Positions 28,115 to 39,153 of a stretch of 64,000 nt of DNA are shown here, one piece after another; positions within the stretch are counted from its first letter, which is position 1; every line of letters begins with the position of its first letter. The translations under genes were made by a program, and so were the position numbers. The DNA is from an uncultured delta proteobacterium. GTDB lineage: Bacteria; Desulfobacterota; RBG-13-43-22. The notes beneath the pieces are model-generated. The model did no database searches and had not been told where the DNA came from. It worked only from the letters and a program-made list of their open reading frames with translations. Location: the NCBI GenBank assembly GCA_963711835.1, contig CAVQFQ010000017.1, positions 480,001 through 544,000 on the forward strand, written 5' to 3'.

Positions 28115-28555
28115 ATGGCCAAAGTACTGATTGTCTATACCACCCGGACCCAGGAGACCAGAAAGATTGCCGAGCTGATCGCTGAAGGGGTCCGGTTCGA
28201 AGGTGCCGAGGCGGAGGTGAAGGACGCCTCCGGGATTAAAAAAGAATCCGACCTTCAGGGTTACGAGGGCTATGCCTTCGGATCTCCGACCTACCACGGG
28301 GACATGCTGCAACCCATGAAGACCTTGCTCTTTATGGCGGAAAAAGCCGATCTGGGCGGAAAAGCCGGCGGGGCCTTTGGGGCTTTCGGCTGGAGCGGCG
28401 AAGCCCCGGATCGGATTTTCGGGACTATGAAGAATATCTTTCAGATGAACATGGTCTCCGAACCCCTGCGTCTCAAATCCACGGCCCTGGGCGGCGCCGT
28501 CCAGATGGCCCAGGATTACGGGCGGAAAATCGGCAAAAAAGCCGCCGGATCTTGA
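28115..28555 (+). CDS. Flavodoxin-domain protein
   Basis: KVLIVYTTRTQET, GSPTY and AFGAFGWSGEA. Confidence 0.85.
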   Translation: MAKVLIVYTTRTQETRKIAELIAEGVRFEGAEAEVKDASGIKKESDLQGYEGYAFGSPTYHGDMLQPMKTLLFMAEKADLGGKAGGAFGAFGWSGEAPDRIFGTMKNIFQMNMVSEPLRLKSTALGGAVQMAQDYGRKIGKKAAGS

Positions 28556-28875
28556 AACTCGGGGGGTTCCCCTGACCCGACCCCTTAACCGGAGCAGAGG
28601 AACCCCGCCGGGTACGATCCCTGACTTTCCCTCTGGCGCTGTTCCGCGCCTTTTATCTTTTTTCTGCCCTCCCCATACCATAGAGCCGGAAAGTGTAATT
28701 AGCTTGACCCTTCCCGGAGTTTCTTTTATATTTACTGATGGATTTTCGACTTCAGGTTACCCGCGCTCAACCAGGCATTGCACCTGGTGCCTGGCCGCAC
28801 CCATCCCAAAAATGGAAAAGGGAATGGTTTCTTAAATCCCACTAATTGAAGGACTAAGATAGGGCACTATTTCCC

Positions 28876-30673
28876 ATGGCGCAGATTCGCAATTTCAGCA
28901 TCATCGCCCATATAGACCACGGCAAATCGACCCTGGCCGACCGCCTGATCCAGTACGCCGGCCTGGTGGATGACCGCCATTTCCGCGACCAGATCCTGGA
29001 TACCATGGATATCGAGCGGGAGCGGGGCATCACCATTAAGAGCAATACCATCACCCTGCCCTACACCAATCGGCAAAGGGGAACCCTTCGAACTGAATTT
29101 GATCGATACGCCGGGCCATGTGGATTTTTCTTATGAGGTCTCCCGGGCTTTGGCTTCCTGCGAAGGGGTTTTGCTCTTGATCGATGCCTCCCAGGGGGTG
29201 CAGGCCCAGACCCTGGCTACGATGTATGCCGCTGTCGAACAGGATTTGACCATCATCCCGGTTATCAACAAGATTGATCTCCCTTCCGCGGATATCGAAA
29301 AGGTCAAGGAGCAGATCGAAATCGATCTGGGCCTGGATTCCGAATCGGCCCTGCTCTGCTCGGCCAAGGAGGGAATCGGCATCGAGGATCTCCTGGAAGC
29401 CATCACCGAGCGCCTTCCCCCGCCCACCGGGGAAAAGGAAAAACCGCTGACCGCCCTGATTTTTGACGCCCATTATGATCCTTTTCGGGGGACCGTGGTA
29501 AGCTGCCGGCTTTTCAACGGCTCGGTTCAGCCCGGGGACACCATCCGTCTCATGTCCAACGGGGCCACGTACCTGGTAGAGGAAGTGGGCATCTTTCGCC
29601 TGATCCGCGAACCGCGGAAAAGTCTTTCGGCCGGTGAGGTGGGCTACCTGATCGCCGGTATTAAGACGGTCGGCGATACCCGCATTGGGGATACCGTCAC
29701 CCTGGACAAACAACCGGCCTCGGAGGCTCTGCATGGTTTTAAAGAAGTCAAGCCGGTGGTCTTTTCTTCCATCTATCCTATTTCCTCCGAGGATTACCAA
29801 CCCCTGTCCGAGGCCCTGGAAAAATACAAGCTCAATGATGCCGCCCTGATCTATCAGAAGGATTCCTCGGCCGCCCTGGGGCAGGGCTTCCGCTGCGGTT
29901 TTCTGGGCCTGCTGCATCTGGAAATCGTGCAGGAGCGCCTGGAGCGGGAATACAACCAGTCCATTATCATGACCATGCCCAGCGTCCAGTATCGCTATAC
30001 CCTGAAAAATGGCGAGGTCATCATCGTGGATAATCCCCAAAACTATCCCGATCCCACCACCATAGAGACCTCCGAGGAGCCCACTATCCGGGCCACCATT
30101 TTAATCCCTGATTCCTATTTGGGGGCCATTATGACTCTCTGCCGGGAACGGCGTGGAGAAAATCCCCAGGTCCACTACCCGGCTCCGGACCGGGTCGAGA
30201 TGAAATACGACCTGCCCCTGGCCGAAGTGATTTATGATTTTTATGACAAGCTCAAAAGCCTGACCCGCGGCTATGGGTCCTTTGACTATGAATTAGTCGG
30301 CTATAAGGAAAGCGATCTGATTAAGCTGGATATCCTGGTCAACGGAGAGAAAGTTGATGCCCTGTCGCTGATGGTCCATCGGGACCGGGCCCGGGCTCGG
30401 GCCCTGCAAATCTGCGAACGCCTGAAAGAGGAAATCCACCGGCAGCTTTTCAAAATCCCTATTCAAGGGGTTATCGGCGGGAACATCATCGCCCGGACCA
30501 CCATCTCCGCCTTCCGGAAGGATGTCACGGCCAAGTGTTACGGAGGAGACATCACCCGGAAACGAAAACTTCTGGAAAAGCAGAAAAAAGGTAAACAAAG
30601 GATGAAGATGGTCGGCTCGGTGGAAATCCCCCAGAGTGCCTTTGTGGCGGTATTGAAATCGGAAAATGACTGA
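28876..30673 (+). CDS. lepA: Elongation factor 4, +1 frameshift near 29076
   Basis: [21 protein letters not shown] in one frame continues as [12 protein letters not shown]...[11 protein letters not shown]...[14 protein letters not shown] in the next. Confidence 0.93.
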
Positions 30674-31790
30674 AAAAGAACGGCCGGGATTGTATGTTCA
30701 TGTCCCTTTCTGCCGGAGCAAGTGCCCTTACTGCGGCTTTTATTCCACCACGGACCGCACTCTGCTGCCGGAGTGGTTGGAGGCCATAAGAAAAGAAGGC
30801 GCTTTTTACAGGGGGTGGTTCCCTTCATTCGACACCCTTTATCTGGGGGGCGGCACGCCCGCGCTTCTCTCGGAAAACGAGTTGGGCGGCCTCATCGAGG
30901 GTTTGTATAAAAACTTTTCCTTCAGGCCCAAGACGGAAATGACCATCGAGGCCAACCCCAATGATTTGACTCCCGGCAAATTGCGCTGTCTGGCTGCCCT
31001 GGGTTTCAACCGTCTCAGCCTGGGGATCCAATCGTTTCAGGAGAAGGAACTGCAGCTCCTGGGAAGGAACCATAAAGCCGGAGATGCCGAGCAGGCCATC
31101 CATGAAATCAGGGCCGCCGGGTTTAAGAACCTGAGCCTTGACTTGATTTACGGCCTTCCCGGACAAACCCGGGAAACCTGGCAGGCCGATCTTGAAAGGG
31201 CTTTGTCCTTTAATCCCGAGCATCTTTCCTGCTATCAATTGGCGGTCGAAAAAGGAACCCGCTTCTGGGGTCTGAAGGAAAAAGGGCAGATGGTGCTCCC
31301 GGGTGAAATTCAAGAAAAAAAATTTTTCCTAAGGACCTCTGAATTCCTGGAAACAGCCGGCTATGTGCAGTACGAGATCTCCAGCTTCGCCCGAGGAGAG
31401 GCTTATGTTTCCCGGCATAACCAGAAGTACTGGCAGCGGCTGCCTTATCTGGGGCTGGGCCCCTCGGCCCACTCCTTTCAGGGAAACCGGCGCTGGTGGA
31501 ACCTCCGCTCTCTCAAACCGTACTGCCGGGCCCTGGCGAAAGGGAACTTGCCCATTGAAGACCATGAAGACCTTTCCCCGGAGCAGATCAGGCTGGAAAC
31601 CCTTTGCCTGGGGCTGCGCACCCGTTCCGGGGTGGACCTGACCCGGCTGGATGACGATGGGAGGCTGAAAACAAAGCTGCCTGAGTTAGAGCGATCCGGA
31701 TGGGCGACAGTTAGTGATCATCATATCCGGCCTACCCGGAAAGGATTCTTGGTCGCCGATCGCCTGCCCCTCTGGCTGACCTCATCGTGA
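30666..31790 (+). CDS. hemW: Radical SAM heme chaperone
   Basis: LYVHVPFCRSKCPYCGF, GGGTP, YEISSFA and HNQKYW; follows lepA. Confidence 0.88.
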   Translation: MTEKERPGLYVHVPFCRSKCPYCGFYSTTDRTLLPEWLEAIRKEGAFYRGWFPSFDTLYLGGGTPALLSENELGGLIEGLYKNFSFRPKTEMTIEANPNDLTPGKLRCLAALGFNRLSLGIQSFQEKELQLLGRNHKAGDAEQAIHEIRAAGFKNLSLDLIYGLPGQTRETWQADLERALSFNPEHLSCYQLAVEKGTRFWGLKEKGQMVLPGEIQEKKFFLRTSEFLETAGYVQYEISSFARGEAYVSRHNQKYWQRLPYLGLGPSAHSFQGNRRWWNLRSLKPYCRALAKGNLPIEDHEDLSPEQIRLETLCLGLRTRSGVDLTRLDDDGRLKTKLPELERSGWATVSDHHIRPTRKGFLVADRLPLWLTSS

Positions 31791-32065
31791 ACCGGAACGA
31801 TCCCATTACCTATCCGATCGACGGCTGCCTTGATCTCCATACCTTTCGCCCCCGGGAGATCAAAGCCTTAGTGCCCGACTATCTCTTGGAATGCCGCAGA
31901 CGGGGTATTCATCAGGTCCGGATTATTCATGGGAAAGGAAGCGGGGTCCTGCGCCGCCTGGTCCATTCGATCCTGGAACAGCGGCCGGAGGTGGAATCCT
32001 TTCAATCGGCCGGGGAAGAAGGCGGGGGCTGGGGGGCGACGATCGTAATGCTGAAAAAAGTCTAA
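31787..32065 (+). CDS. Smr/MutS2 C-terminal domain protein
   Basis: LDLH, RIIHGKGSGVLR and GGWGAT. Confidence 0.88.
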   Translation: MNRNDPITYPIDGCLDLHTFRPREIKALVPDYLLECRRRGIHQVRIIHGKGSGVLRRLVHSILEQRPEVESFQSAGEEGGGWGATIVMLKKV

Positions 32066-32234
32066 CCAAAGATCTTTGAAATTTTCTCTAAAGTCTTGAA
32101 GAAATGGTGTTGAGGGGGACCCCCCAACACCTGATTTTGGAAAGTTAGAGATAAACTCTCAGATTAGAGATGTAAGAATCTAAACAGCGGCAGAAAATTT
32201 TACCCAACCAGGAGAAGGCTTGGAGGAAGTAACC

Positions 32235-32870
32235 ATGCCGAAAAAAGAAAACAAAAGGCCCGCCCTTGGCCGGCGGATCGGTTTGATGTGTCTGATCGGT
32301 TTTTCGATCCTATGGTCTGCCCGGGCTTTCGGCCAGGACTATGAGTTGGAACCCTTTCGCTGGGGAATGAATCTGGAAGAATTAAACCGGGCTTTGAAAG
32401 AGAAACAGGGGTCCGGCCTGATCAGAGAAGATAAAGAGCGGATCCAGATTGATTTGCAGTACGGCCCTTTCAAAACGATACGGATACCGAAAGGCAGGCT
32501 GGCGGCCCTGGTTCTGGCTGCGGACCCTTTAAAGTCGGGCCGGCTGTTCGGATACCTCTATGATGGAAAATTTGTTGGGAAAATCACCCTATTTAAAGAC
32601 ACCCCGGAGATCTATCCTGAAAAGGCGATTAAACAGCTAAAAGAAAAATATCCCCAGGGCCGGCTCTTTCGAAGTTACGGAACTGCTTCCAGCCTGCCCT
32701 TTTTTGAGTATAAAACGGAAGACCTGGTTCTTTTCAGTACCGAGAAGGGGATCTTATTTTATGACCCGGCTCGATTAGAAACGATTGTTAAGAGCTCCCA
32801 AAAACAGATCGAGCTGGACGACAAAAAATACGACCAGGAAATGAAGGACAAGTTTTCAACTACTTACTAA
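32235..32870 (+). CDS. Hypothetical exported protein
   Basis: Signal-peptide-like N-terminus; no recognisable motif. Confidence 0.6.
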   Translation: MPKKENKRPALGRRIGLMCLIGFSILWSARAFGQDYELEPFRWGMNLEELNRALKEKQGSGLIREDKERIQIDLQYGPFKTIRIPKGRLAALVLAADPLKSGRLFGYLYDGKFVGKITLFKDTPEIYPEKAIKQLKEKYPQGRLFRSYGTASSLPFFEYKTEDLVLFSTEKGILFYDPARLETIVKSSQKQIELDDKKYDQEMKDKFSTTY

Positions 32871-33981
32871 GCGGACTCCTTTTCTTTTTCCTGTTTCTCA
32901 ACCAGGCAATAAAGACCTTCCCCGTCCCGGGCCGGTTTAAAACATTGATTGTCGGAAAGGCAAGCGGCCTTGGCCCGGTCCCCGGAGGCCCACCGCTTAA
33001 TGAGCCCCGGTTCGCGAATCAAAGGGCGGCTTAGAGACAGGTAGTCGGCATAGCCTTCTTCAAGCAATCGTTCCGCCAAGGGCAGAGAGCGGATCCCTCC
33101 GACCAGGATCACCGGCACTTGGAGCCGGGCCTTGAAGGCCTTGGCCGCCTGGCGAAAATAGGCCTCTCTTTCCTCCGTGGTGACCCTCGTCCGGGAGGGG
33201 GTGAGCATTCCCGAGATCAGGGTCCCGCCGCTGAGTTCAATGGCATCGATACCTTCCTCCTGGAGCATCCAGCCCACCTTCAGGGATTCCTCCAGGGTAA
33301 AACCGCCCTCCAGGTAATCCTGGGAATTCATTTTGATTAACACCGGGAAATCCTCTCCCACGGCCTCCCGCACCCGGCGGAGCACTTCCCGCAGGATCCT
33401 GGCCCGGTTTTCAAGAGAACCGCCGTAGGCATCGGTCCGCTTATTAAAATAGGGAGAAAGGAATTGGCTTAAGAGATAACCGTGGGCGGCATGGATCTGA
33501 AGGCCGTCAAAGCCGGCCTCCTTGGCCCGCCGGGCCGACTGACCGAAGGCCTCCACCACCCCCTGGATATCCTCCACGGTCATGACCTGGCGAGGGGTCT
33601 GGCCCCCCCTTCCACCTCGGAAGGAGTCAGGGGTTTACGGCCGGTGAGTTTGGGGTTGGCGAAATAGCCGGCATGGGCCAATTGCAGGACCATCTTTCCG
33701 CTCCGGCCATGAACTTTGTCGGTCATTTCCTTAAGCCCGTCGATGCAGGCCTCCTGATAGACGCCTAATTGCCAAGGTCCGGCCTGTCCTTCGGGACTGA
33801 TATAGGCATGGCCGGGAATAATCAACCCCACCCGGCCCTCAGCCAGTCGGGTCATCATAGTGATCAGGGCCGGAGTACAGCTCCCATCCTCAAGGGCCAG
33901 CCCTTCCCAGGTGGCTGAACGGACGAAACGGTTGGACAATTCCATCCCTTTTATGGTTGTGGTTTCAAAGACTTTGGACAT
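32867..33981 (-). CDS. NADH:flavin oxidoreductase (OYE family), frameshift near 33605
   Basis: NRFVRSATWE...QLAHAG joins GFDGLQIHAAHGYLLSQFLSP...NKRTDAYGGS across a G-run. Confidence 0.88.
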
Positions 33982-34139
33982 TTTTATCTCCTTTCCCTTT
34001 AGCAAACCCGGGCGAACTTTTTAAGGATAACAGAATTCTCTCCATTGGGCAATGACCATCTCCCTTGACGGATCCCCGCCGTTGTGATTTAAAATTCTTG
34101 ATCCGGAATTCCCGGAATTTTCAAGGTTGGAGGTGGGCC

Positions 34140-34907
34140 ATGCTGGTATTGACGGAAAGAAAAGGGGCGGTGACCACGATCATCATCAACCGGCCGGAGG
34201 TGCGTAATGCCGTGGATGGGCCGACCGCCGAGGCCCTGGTGGAGGCCTTTGAAGGCTTTGAGGCCGATGAGGAAGCCCGGGTAGCCGTCCTGAGCGGCGC
34301 CGGCGGATTCTTTTGTGCCGGTGCCGACCTGAAGGCGGTCAGCCTCGGCAGGCACAACCGGCTGGCTGAAGACGGCCATGGCCCCATGGGGCCGTCGCGG
34401 ATGCGGCTTTCCAAACCGGTGATTGCCGCCGTGGCCGGCTATGCCGTGGCCGGCGGGCTGGAGTTGGCTCTCTGGTGCGACCTGCGCGTCATGGAGCGGG
34501 ATGCCGTCTTCGGGGTCTTCTGCCGCCGCTGGGGGGTGCCTCTAATTGACGGCGGGACCATCCGCCTGCCCCGGATGATCGGCCTGTCCCGGGCCCTGGA
34601 TATGATCTTAACCGGCCGTCCGGTAGAGGCCGAGGAAGCCCTGCGCCTGGGATTGGCCAACCGGGTGGTGGAACCAGGAAAGGCCAGGGTCGAAGCCGAG
34701 GCCCTGGCCTTTCGGATTGCCGAATTTCCCCAGCGATGTATGCGCGGCGACCGCCGCTCGGCTTATGAACAGTTCGATCTTCCCCTGGCCGAGGCCTTAA
34801 AAAATGAATTCCGGTTGGGTCTGGCAACCATTGAAAGCGGTGAAACCTTGGAAGGGGCCGGGCGTTTTGCCGGGGGGGCCGGCCGCCATGGAAAATTCGG
34901 AGAATAG
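34140..34907 (+). CDS. Enoyl-CoA hydratase/crotonase family protein
   Basis: NRPEVRNA, FCAGADL, AGGLELALWCD and GVPLIDGG. Confidence 0.9.
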   Translation: MLVLTERKGAVTTIIINRPEVRNAVDGPTAEALVEAFEGFEADEEARVAVLSGAGGFFCAGADLKAVSLGRHNRLAEDGHGPMGPSRMRLSKPVIAAVAGYAVAGGLELALWCDLRVMERDAVFGVFCRRWGVPLIDGGTIRLPRMIGLSRALDMILTGRPVEAEEALRLGLANRVVEPGKARVEAEALAFRIAEFPQRCMRGDRRSAYEQFDLPLAEALKNEFRLGLATIESGETLEGAGRFAGGAGRHGKFGE

Positions 34908-34978
34908 TTTCTTTAAAAGACGTGCCCAGAAGGTTCTCCGGTTGGCAGGTCACCAACCAGAGAAAAATTGTCGAGTTT

Positions 34979-35301
34979 GTCCCAAAGTTACGTGATTTTT
35001 TAAGCACTCCATTCATAGAGGGCTTCAGGGGTCTTGATTTCAAGGATTGTCCGCCAAAGGGACGCCGTAGCCTCAACCCGGGCAGGAATTTCTAAGTGGG
35101 TTAGAAACCGGCCAACACCTAAGACGATAACTCGCTTTGGTGAATGGCCCGGCTCCCAACCCACTTAGAAATTCGGGCCGGGTTGGGGCTCGGATACGCT
35201 TTGGCGGACAATCCTTGAAATCAAGACCCCTGAAGCCCTTTGGGGTGATTTAATATTTTAGAGGCTACCCCTTCGGTTTAAGAATCACATAACTTTGGGA
35301 C
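34979..35301. mobile_element. 323-bp fold-back palindromic element (MITE-like)
   Basis: Terminal IR GTCCCAAAGTTA / TAACTTTGGGAC; perfect 41-bp inner IR (35019-35059 / 35199-35239) and further paired arms. Confidence 0.75.
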
Positions 35302-35350
35302 TATCCCAAATTGTCTGTCTTTGTCCCTGTACGTACTGGCAAAACAGTTT

Positions 35351-35782
35351 TTATCTTTGGTTTTTCAAAAACGGCAGGGGGGTGCCTTTGCGATAGGCCA
35401 GGGCCTGGCAGGAAGCAATCAGTTTTCCCTGATCGTCTCTTACCTTAATGTCATAATTGGCCACCTTGTTGGTCCGGCTGAATTCTTTGGCCTCGGCCGT
35501 CAAGAGGCTGCCGGGGATCGGAGAGGCAACATAGGTTACCTGGACATTGAGGGCCACAGCTACGGTGCCGTAGGCGTTACAGGCCGTCTGAAAGGCCTCG
35601 TCAATCAGGGCGAAGATGGCCCCGCCGTGGGCCATGCCGAAGATATTCTCCATATCCGGCGTAAAGCGCATCTCCACCTTGGAGCAGCCTTCGTCCAGTT
35701 CCACCAACCGTAGACCGAACTTCCTTGCAAAAGGCTCCCGCGCCACCTGTTTGAAAATGGCCTCTTTGACCTGCTTATCCAC
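35351..35782 (-). CDS. PaaI-family hotdog thioesterase
   Basis: EPFARKFG and NIFGMAHGGAIFALID; GTG start at 35782. Confidence 0.85.
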   Translation of the reverse strand: MDKQVKEAIFKQVAREPFARKFGLRLVELDEGCSKVEMRFTPDMENIFGMAHGGAIFALIDEAFQTACNAYGTVAVALNVQVTYVASPIPGSLLTAEAKEFSRTNKVANYDIKVRDDQGKLIASCQALAYRKGTPLPFLKNQR

Positions 35783-35800
35783 GACAAGTCCTTTCTCTTC

Positions 35801-35901
35801 ACCCCCACCCTCACCCTCCCCCATCTGAGGGGGAGGGGGTCAGAGTCTAATTCCATCTAATATCGGCCCCTCCCCGGCGGGCGGGGCTTGAGGGGAGGGG
35901 G
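35801..35901. repeat. CCCTCACCC/GGGGAGGG REP-like doublet
   Basis: CCCCCACCCTCACCCTCCCCC...GGGGGAGGGG followed by CCCCTCCCC...GGGGAGGGGG. Confidence 0.55.
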
Positions 35902-35975
35902 TAATTGATTTTCACCCTCCGTAGGTGCCCGTCAAAAATCATTTATTAGAGTTTAGTTCAGAGAACCAGCTAATG

Positions 35976-36016
35976 AAAAAAAAGAGGCGAATCTTGTTAA
36001 GACGCCGCCTCTTTTT
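35976..36016 (-). terminator. Rho-independent terminator
   Basis: AAAAAGAGGCG / CGCCTCTTTTT stem with T-tract on the minus strand after the lipoprotein gene. Confidence 0.7.
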
Positions 36017-36044
36017 ATAATGGGATTTTAATCTTTTGTAAAAG

Positions 36045-36845
36045 TTATTTTTTGGCCGGTTCCTCGGGCAACTTGGGCGTCTGATCCGTTTCGTACAGGG
36101 CGATCAGACGGGTATGTTGGTAGCGATCATGCTCTTTTTTGGAGACTCCTTTAGGGCTGTAGAGGTCCCCGGTGCCATAGACCTTATAGTATTCATGGGG
36201 CGAATTGACCAAATATTTGTCAACGGGATTCTTAGGAAACTCCGCCCGTTCCTTGGCCAGTTTCGTATTGACCTTTGGGGGTCCGAAGGCCGAGGCGCTG
36301 CCTAAGCTGATGAATACTATTTTTCTGCCCTTGCTTTCCCTGGAGAGAAAATCGACAAATCGGACCAGGCGGTCGTATTCCAGGGAACTCTCTTTTAAGG
36401 TACTAATCCCGGCCGAATAGAAAAGGGTAATTTCCCCGGTGCCCTGTTTCTTGGAAAGTTCCTCGATCTTTTCCAGGGTTTTTTGAGCGGTTTCCTGATG
36501 CTTCTGAGCGGCTTCTAAAATCCGGCGGTTGGTTTCTTCCAGACGTTGGCTGGAATTCTTTAAGGCCTCTTGGGCGGTTATTATGGATTCCTGGGAATCT
36601 CGCAGTTTGGAAAACTCTCCCATGGCCATGTTGTGGGAATCGACAAAGAGTTGGGCCAGGGTACCGGCCTGCTCCTTAGAGGCCCCACCCGTCCAAGTAC
36701 CCTTGGGGAATTCTACCGTTTTCAGGCCCTGGTTGGGTTCGGTCACACTAAGGCCGGTATCCCGCATTTTGAGTTGTTTGACTTCTCCGCCACAGCCCAT
36801 CAAAAAAAATAATAAGGCCAGGCCACCGATCATTCTGTAAATCAT
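36045..36845 (-). CDS. Hypothetical lipoprotein with coiled coil
   Basis: Lipobox LMGC after a hydrophobic signal; heptad-rich middle. Confidence 0.65.
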   Translation of the reverse strand: MIYRMIGGLALLFFLMGCGGEVKQLKMRDTGLSVTEPNQGLKTVEFPKGTWTGGASKEQAGTLAQLFVDSHNMAMGEFSKLRDSQESIITAQEALKNSSQRLEETNRRILEAAQKHQETAQKTLEKIEELSKKQGTGEITLFYSAGISTLKESSLEYDRLVRFVDFLSRESKGRKIVFISLGSASAFGPPKVNTKLAKERAEFPKNPVDKYLVNSPHEYYKVYGTGDLYSPKGVSKKEHDRYQHTRLIALYETDQTPKLPEEPAKK

Positions 36846-37108
36846 CTTTCTCCTCCCGTCCAATGGATATTTCGCTTTGATCAGCACCCAGAAATGCAAA
36901 GCAATTACCATACCAGATGGCCATGATTTTTTATTATACCGGGATCATTATTAAAATAGGGTATTGGTTTCCGTCTGATTAATGGATCAGCCCTCTTTTT
37001 GTATGATCTTCCATACAATACCCGGACAATTTTTTTATTTAGCATAAGAATATCCTCTCCAAATTAGTGGGAGAGGATCCAGGACCCAAGGGTCTGCGAT
37101 AAGACTTA

Positions 37109-37140
37109 TCGACGAGATCAAGTCGAGTTGATCTCGTCGA
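37109..37140. repeat. Intergenic hairpin
   Basis: Perfect 13-bp IR TCGACGAGATCAA / TTGATCTCGTCGA. Confidence 0.6.
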
Positions 37141-37166
37141 GTCGGTCAGGGATTTAAGGGGTTTTT

Positions 37167-38012
37167 CTATTCCTTGATCAAAGTTAAACAGACCGTACCC
37201 GGAATCTTCTGGGTAATCCGGGCTTCTTCCGTATAGGCCAACAGGGTTTTGGCCCATAAAGGGCCTAAGGGATGTAGAAAGAGAAGAAAGAACCAGGGCA
37301 GCCGGCTCAAGGAAGGATTTCTGGGGTTCTCCAGCCTGAGCCATTTCAATTTTGTTTGAGTAAAATATTTCCGATCCAATTCCTTTAAACCGCTGGGCTT
37401 AATGATCCGGTCCAGCAGGCTTTCGTTATTGTATAGACGGCAAAAAAAATTCGGTTTCCCCTGATAGGCCCTTTCATAGACTCCCCGGTTCCAGAAAATA
37501 TCTTCCTCCCGGGGGGCAAAGGGCAGGGTTAAAATACAGATCCCCTTCTTTCTGAGAACCCGTTTTATTTCTGCGGCTGTCAGGGAATCGCCCTTTCCCG
37601 GAATATGTTCCAGAACAGAAACGGAGTAGGCCCCGTCGAAACAGTGGTCGGGGTAGGGGAGGGCCTTTCCATCGGCCGCCTGCCAACTTAAACAGTCCAG
37701 CTTCAGGCTTTTGGCGTAGGCTGTATAGGGTTCCAGGAAATCGTCTTGGATATCGACGGCCGTTACCTTTTTTTTAAGTCGGCTTCCTAAAAACAGGGCC
37801 AGGTGCTTGGGACTTCCAAGATCGAAAAGATGCTGAGCCGGGAATTTTTCGAGCTGATCCAAAAGATAGGCAAATTCGAAATAGCGATTGTACCCGGACC
37901 GGATGGGATTAAGCATAGACTTCAGGCCCAAAGCCGGTCGTCCTGCAAGACACATTTTCAGCCCGATCCTCCAACCGAAACGAACCAAATCAAAAGCCCA
38001 ACCCAAAACCAC
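37167..38012 (-). CDS. Class I SAM-dependent methyltransferase
   Basis: FDLGS, ADGKALPYPDHCFD, SVLEHI and RVLRKKG. Confidence 0.8.
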   Translation of the reverse strand: MVLGWAFDLVRFGWRIGLKMCLAGRPALGLKSMLNPIRSGYNRYFEFAYLLDQLEKFPAQHLFDLGSPKHLALFLGSRLKKKVTAVDIQDDFLEPYTAYAKSLKLDCLSWQAADGKALPYPDHCFDGAYSVSVLEHIPGKGDSLTAAEIKRVLRKKGICILTLPFAPREEDIFWNRGVYERAYQGKPNFFCRLYNNESLLDRIIKPSGLKELDRKYFTQTKLKWLRLENPRNPSLSRLPWFFLLFLHPLGPLWAKTLLAYTEEARITQKIPGTVCLTLIKE

Positions 38013-38217
38013 TTCTCCTTTCCTATCCTAAATCTCAAGCCTTTTCTCCCGCTCCGAAAACGGCTAAGGAGAGAACCGTGGGAATGGCGAAAATTTTCCT
38101 GCAGAATTTTCAAAAATAATAGCCATTGTCAGGGCCGGCTACGGTCCTATATAATAAATAGCAAAGCAGCGGAGAAAAGAAAACAGGTAACTGGTCTATC
38201 GAACGCTTAAAGGTGGC

Positions 38218-39108
38218 TTGGTGGCCAATCTTTTTACACTCTTCAAAAAGATAACCAATCCCTTAAAGGGCGGGGTCTTGGGAAAAATTCCCGGGGTTTC
38301 CCATCTCTATCGCTCACTTTTTAACCTGACCAAACCCAAAGGAATAATCCAGATCCAGTGCCAGGGCCATCATCTGGTCGTAAATGCCGATGATGAAGGC
38401 GTGGTCCCTTTTTTATTGACCCAAGGGGTCTTCGAGGAATACGAAACGGCCTTGGTCAGGCAATGTCTTCATCCGGGCATGCAGGTGGTCGATATCGGCG
38501 CTAATTTCGGCTATTATACCTTAATAGCCGCCGACCGTGTCGGAAAAGAGGGAAAGGTTTACGCCTTTGAGCCGGAACCGGGCAACTATGAACTTCTCCT
38601 GAAAAATATCAGCCTGAATCGTTACGAAACGATCGTACCGATACGACAGGCCGTCTCCAATAGTAGGGGGACCACGAATCTCTTCGTGGATAAAAAGAAC
38701 CTAGGGGCCCCTTCCCTGGCAGAGAAGAATGTGGATCGCCGGCAGGGCATCGTTAAAGTGGAAACCGTTTCCCTGGATGAGTTCTTTAAGACGGTCGAAG
38801 GCTTTGGTCCGATTGATTTTTTAAAAATAGACGCCCAAGGGGCCGAAGGTCTGATCTTCGAGGGGGCCTGTAATTGTTTAAAAAATGAGGGCCTAAAAAT
38901 CATGATGGAATTCTGGCCCCAGGGCCTGAGAAATATGGGCACGGATCCTTTAAGCCTGTTGCGCCTGATAAAAAGCTCCGGGTTCACCATTAAGATCATC
39001 GAAGAAAAAAAGCGGGTTTTAGTCGGTATTGAAGAGGTAGAGGCTATCGGGAATTATCTCAATCTAAATAACGATCAGGCGGCGGCCAACTTATTGCTGG
39101 AGAAATAA
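38218..39108 (+). CDS. FkbM family methyltransferase
   Basis: VDIGANFGYYT, VYAFEPEP and FLKIDAQGAE. Confidence 0.88.
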   Translation: MVANLFTLFKKITNPLKGGVLGKIPGVSHLYRSLFNLTKPKGIIQIQCQGHHLVVNADDEGVVPFLLTQGVFEEYETALVRQCLHPGMQVVDIGANFGYYTLIAADRVGKEGKVYAFEPEPGNYELLLKNISLNRYETIVPIRQAVSNSRGTTNLFVDKKNLGAPSLAEKNVDRRQGIVKVETVSLDEFFKTVEGFGPIDFLKIDAQGAEGLIFEGACNCLKNEGLKIMMEFWPQGLRNMGTDPLSLLRLIKSSGFTIKIIEEKKRVLVGIEEVEAIGNYLNLNNDQAAANLLLEK

Positions 39109-39153
39109 TCCCTTAGTTCCTTGCTGCCCAACAGGCAGGTCGCAGTGATTGAC

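Noticed and set aside
28738-28845. 35-codon ORF or riboswitch upstream of lepA
   Set aside because: No RBS, motif or recognisable RNA family.
29060-29090. Programmed frameshift in lepA
   Set aside because: An extra A in a short run, and similar indels occur across the window; error is more parsimonious.
35837-35848. RAYT-like motifs outside the hotspot (GGGTCAGAGTCT here; also near 4225 and 28572)
   Set aside because: Short degenerate matches with no associated junction evidence; may be chance.
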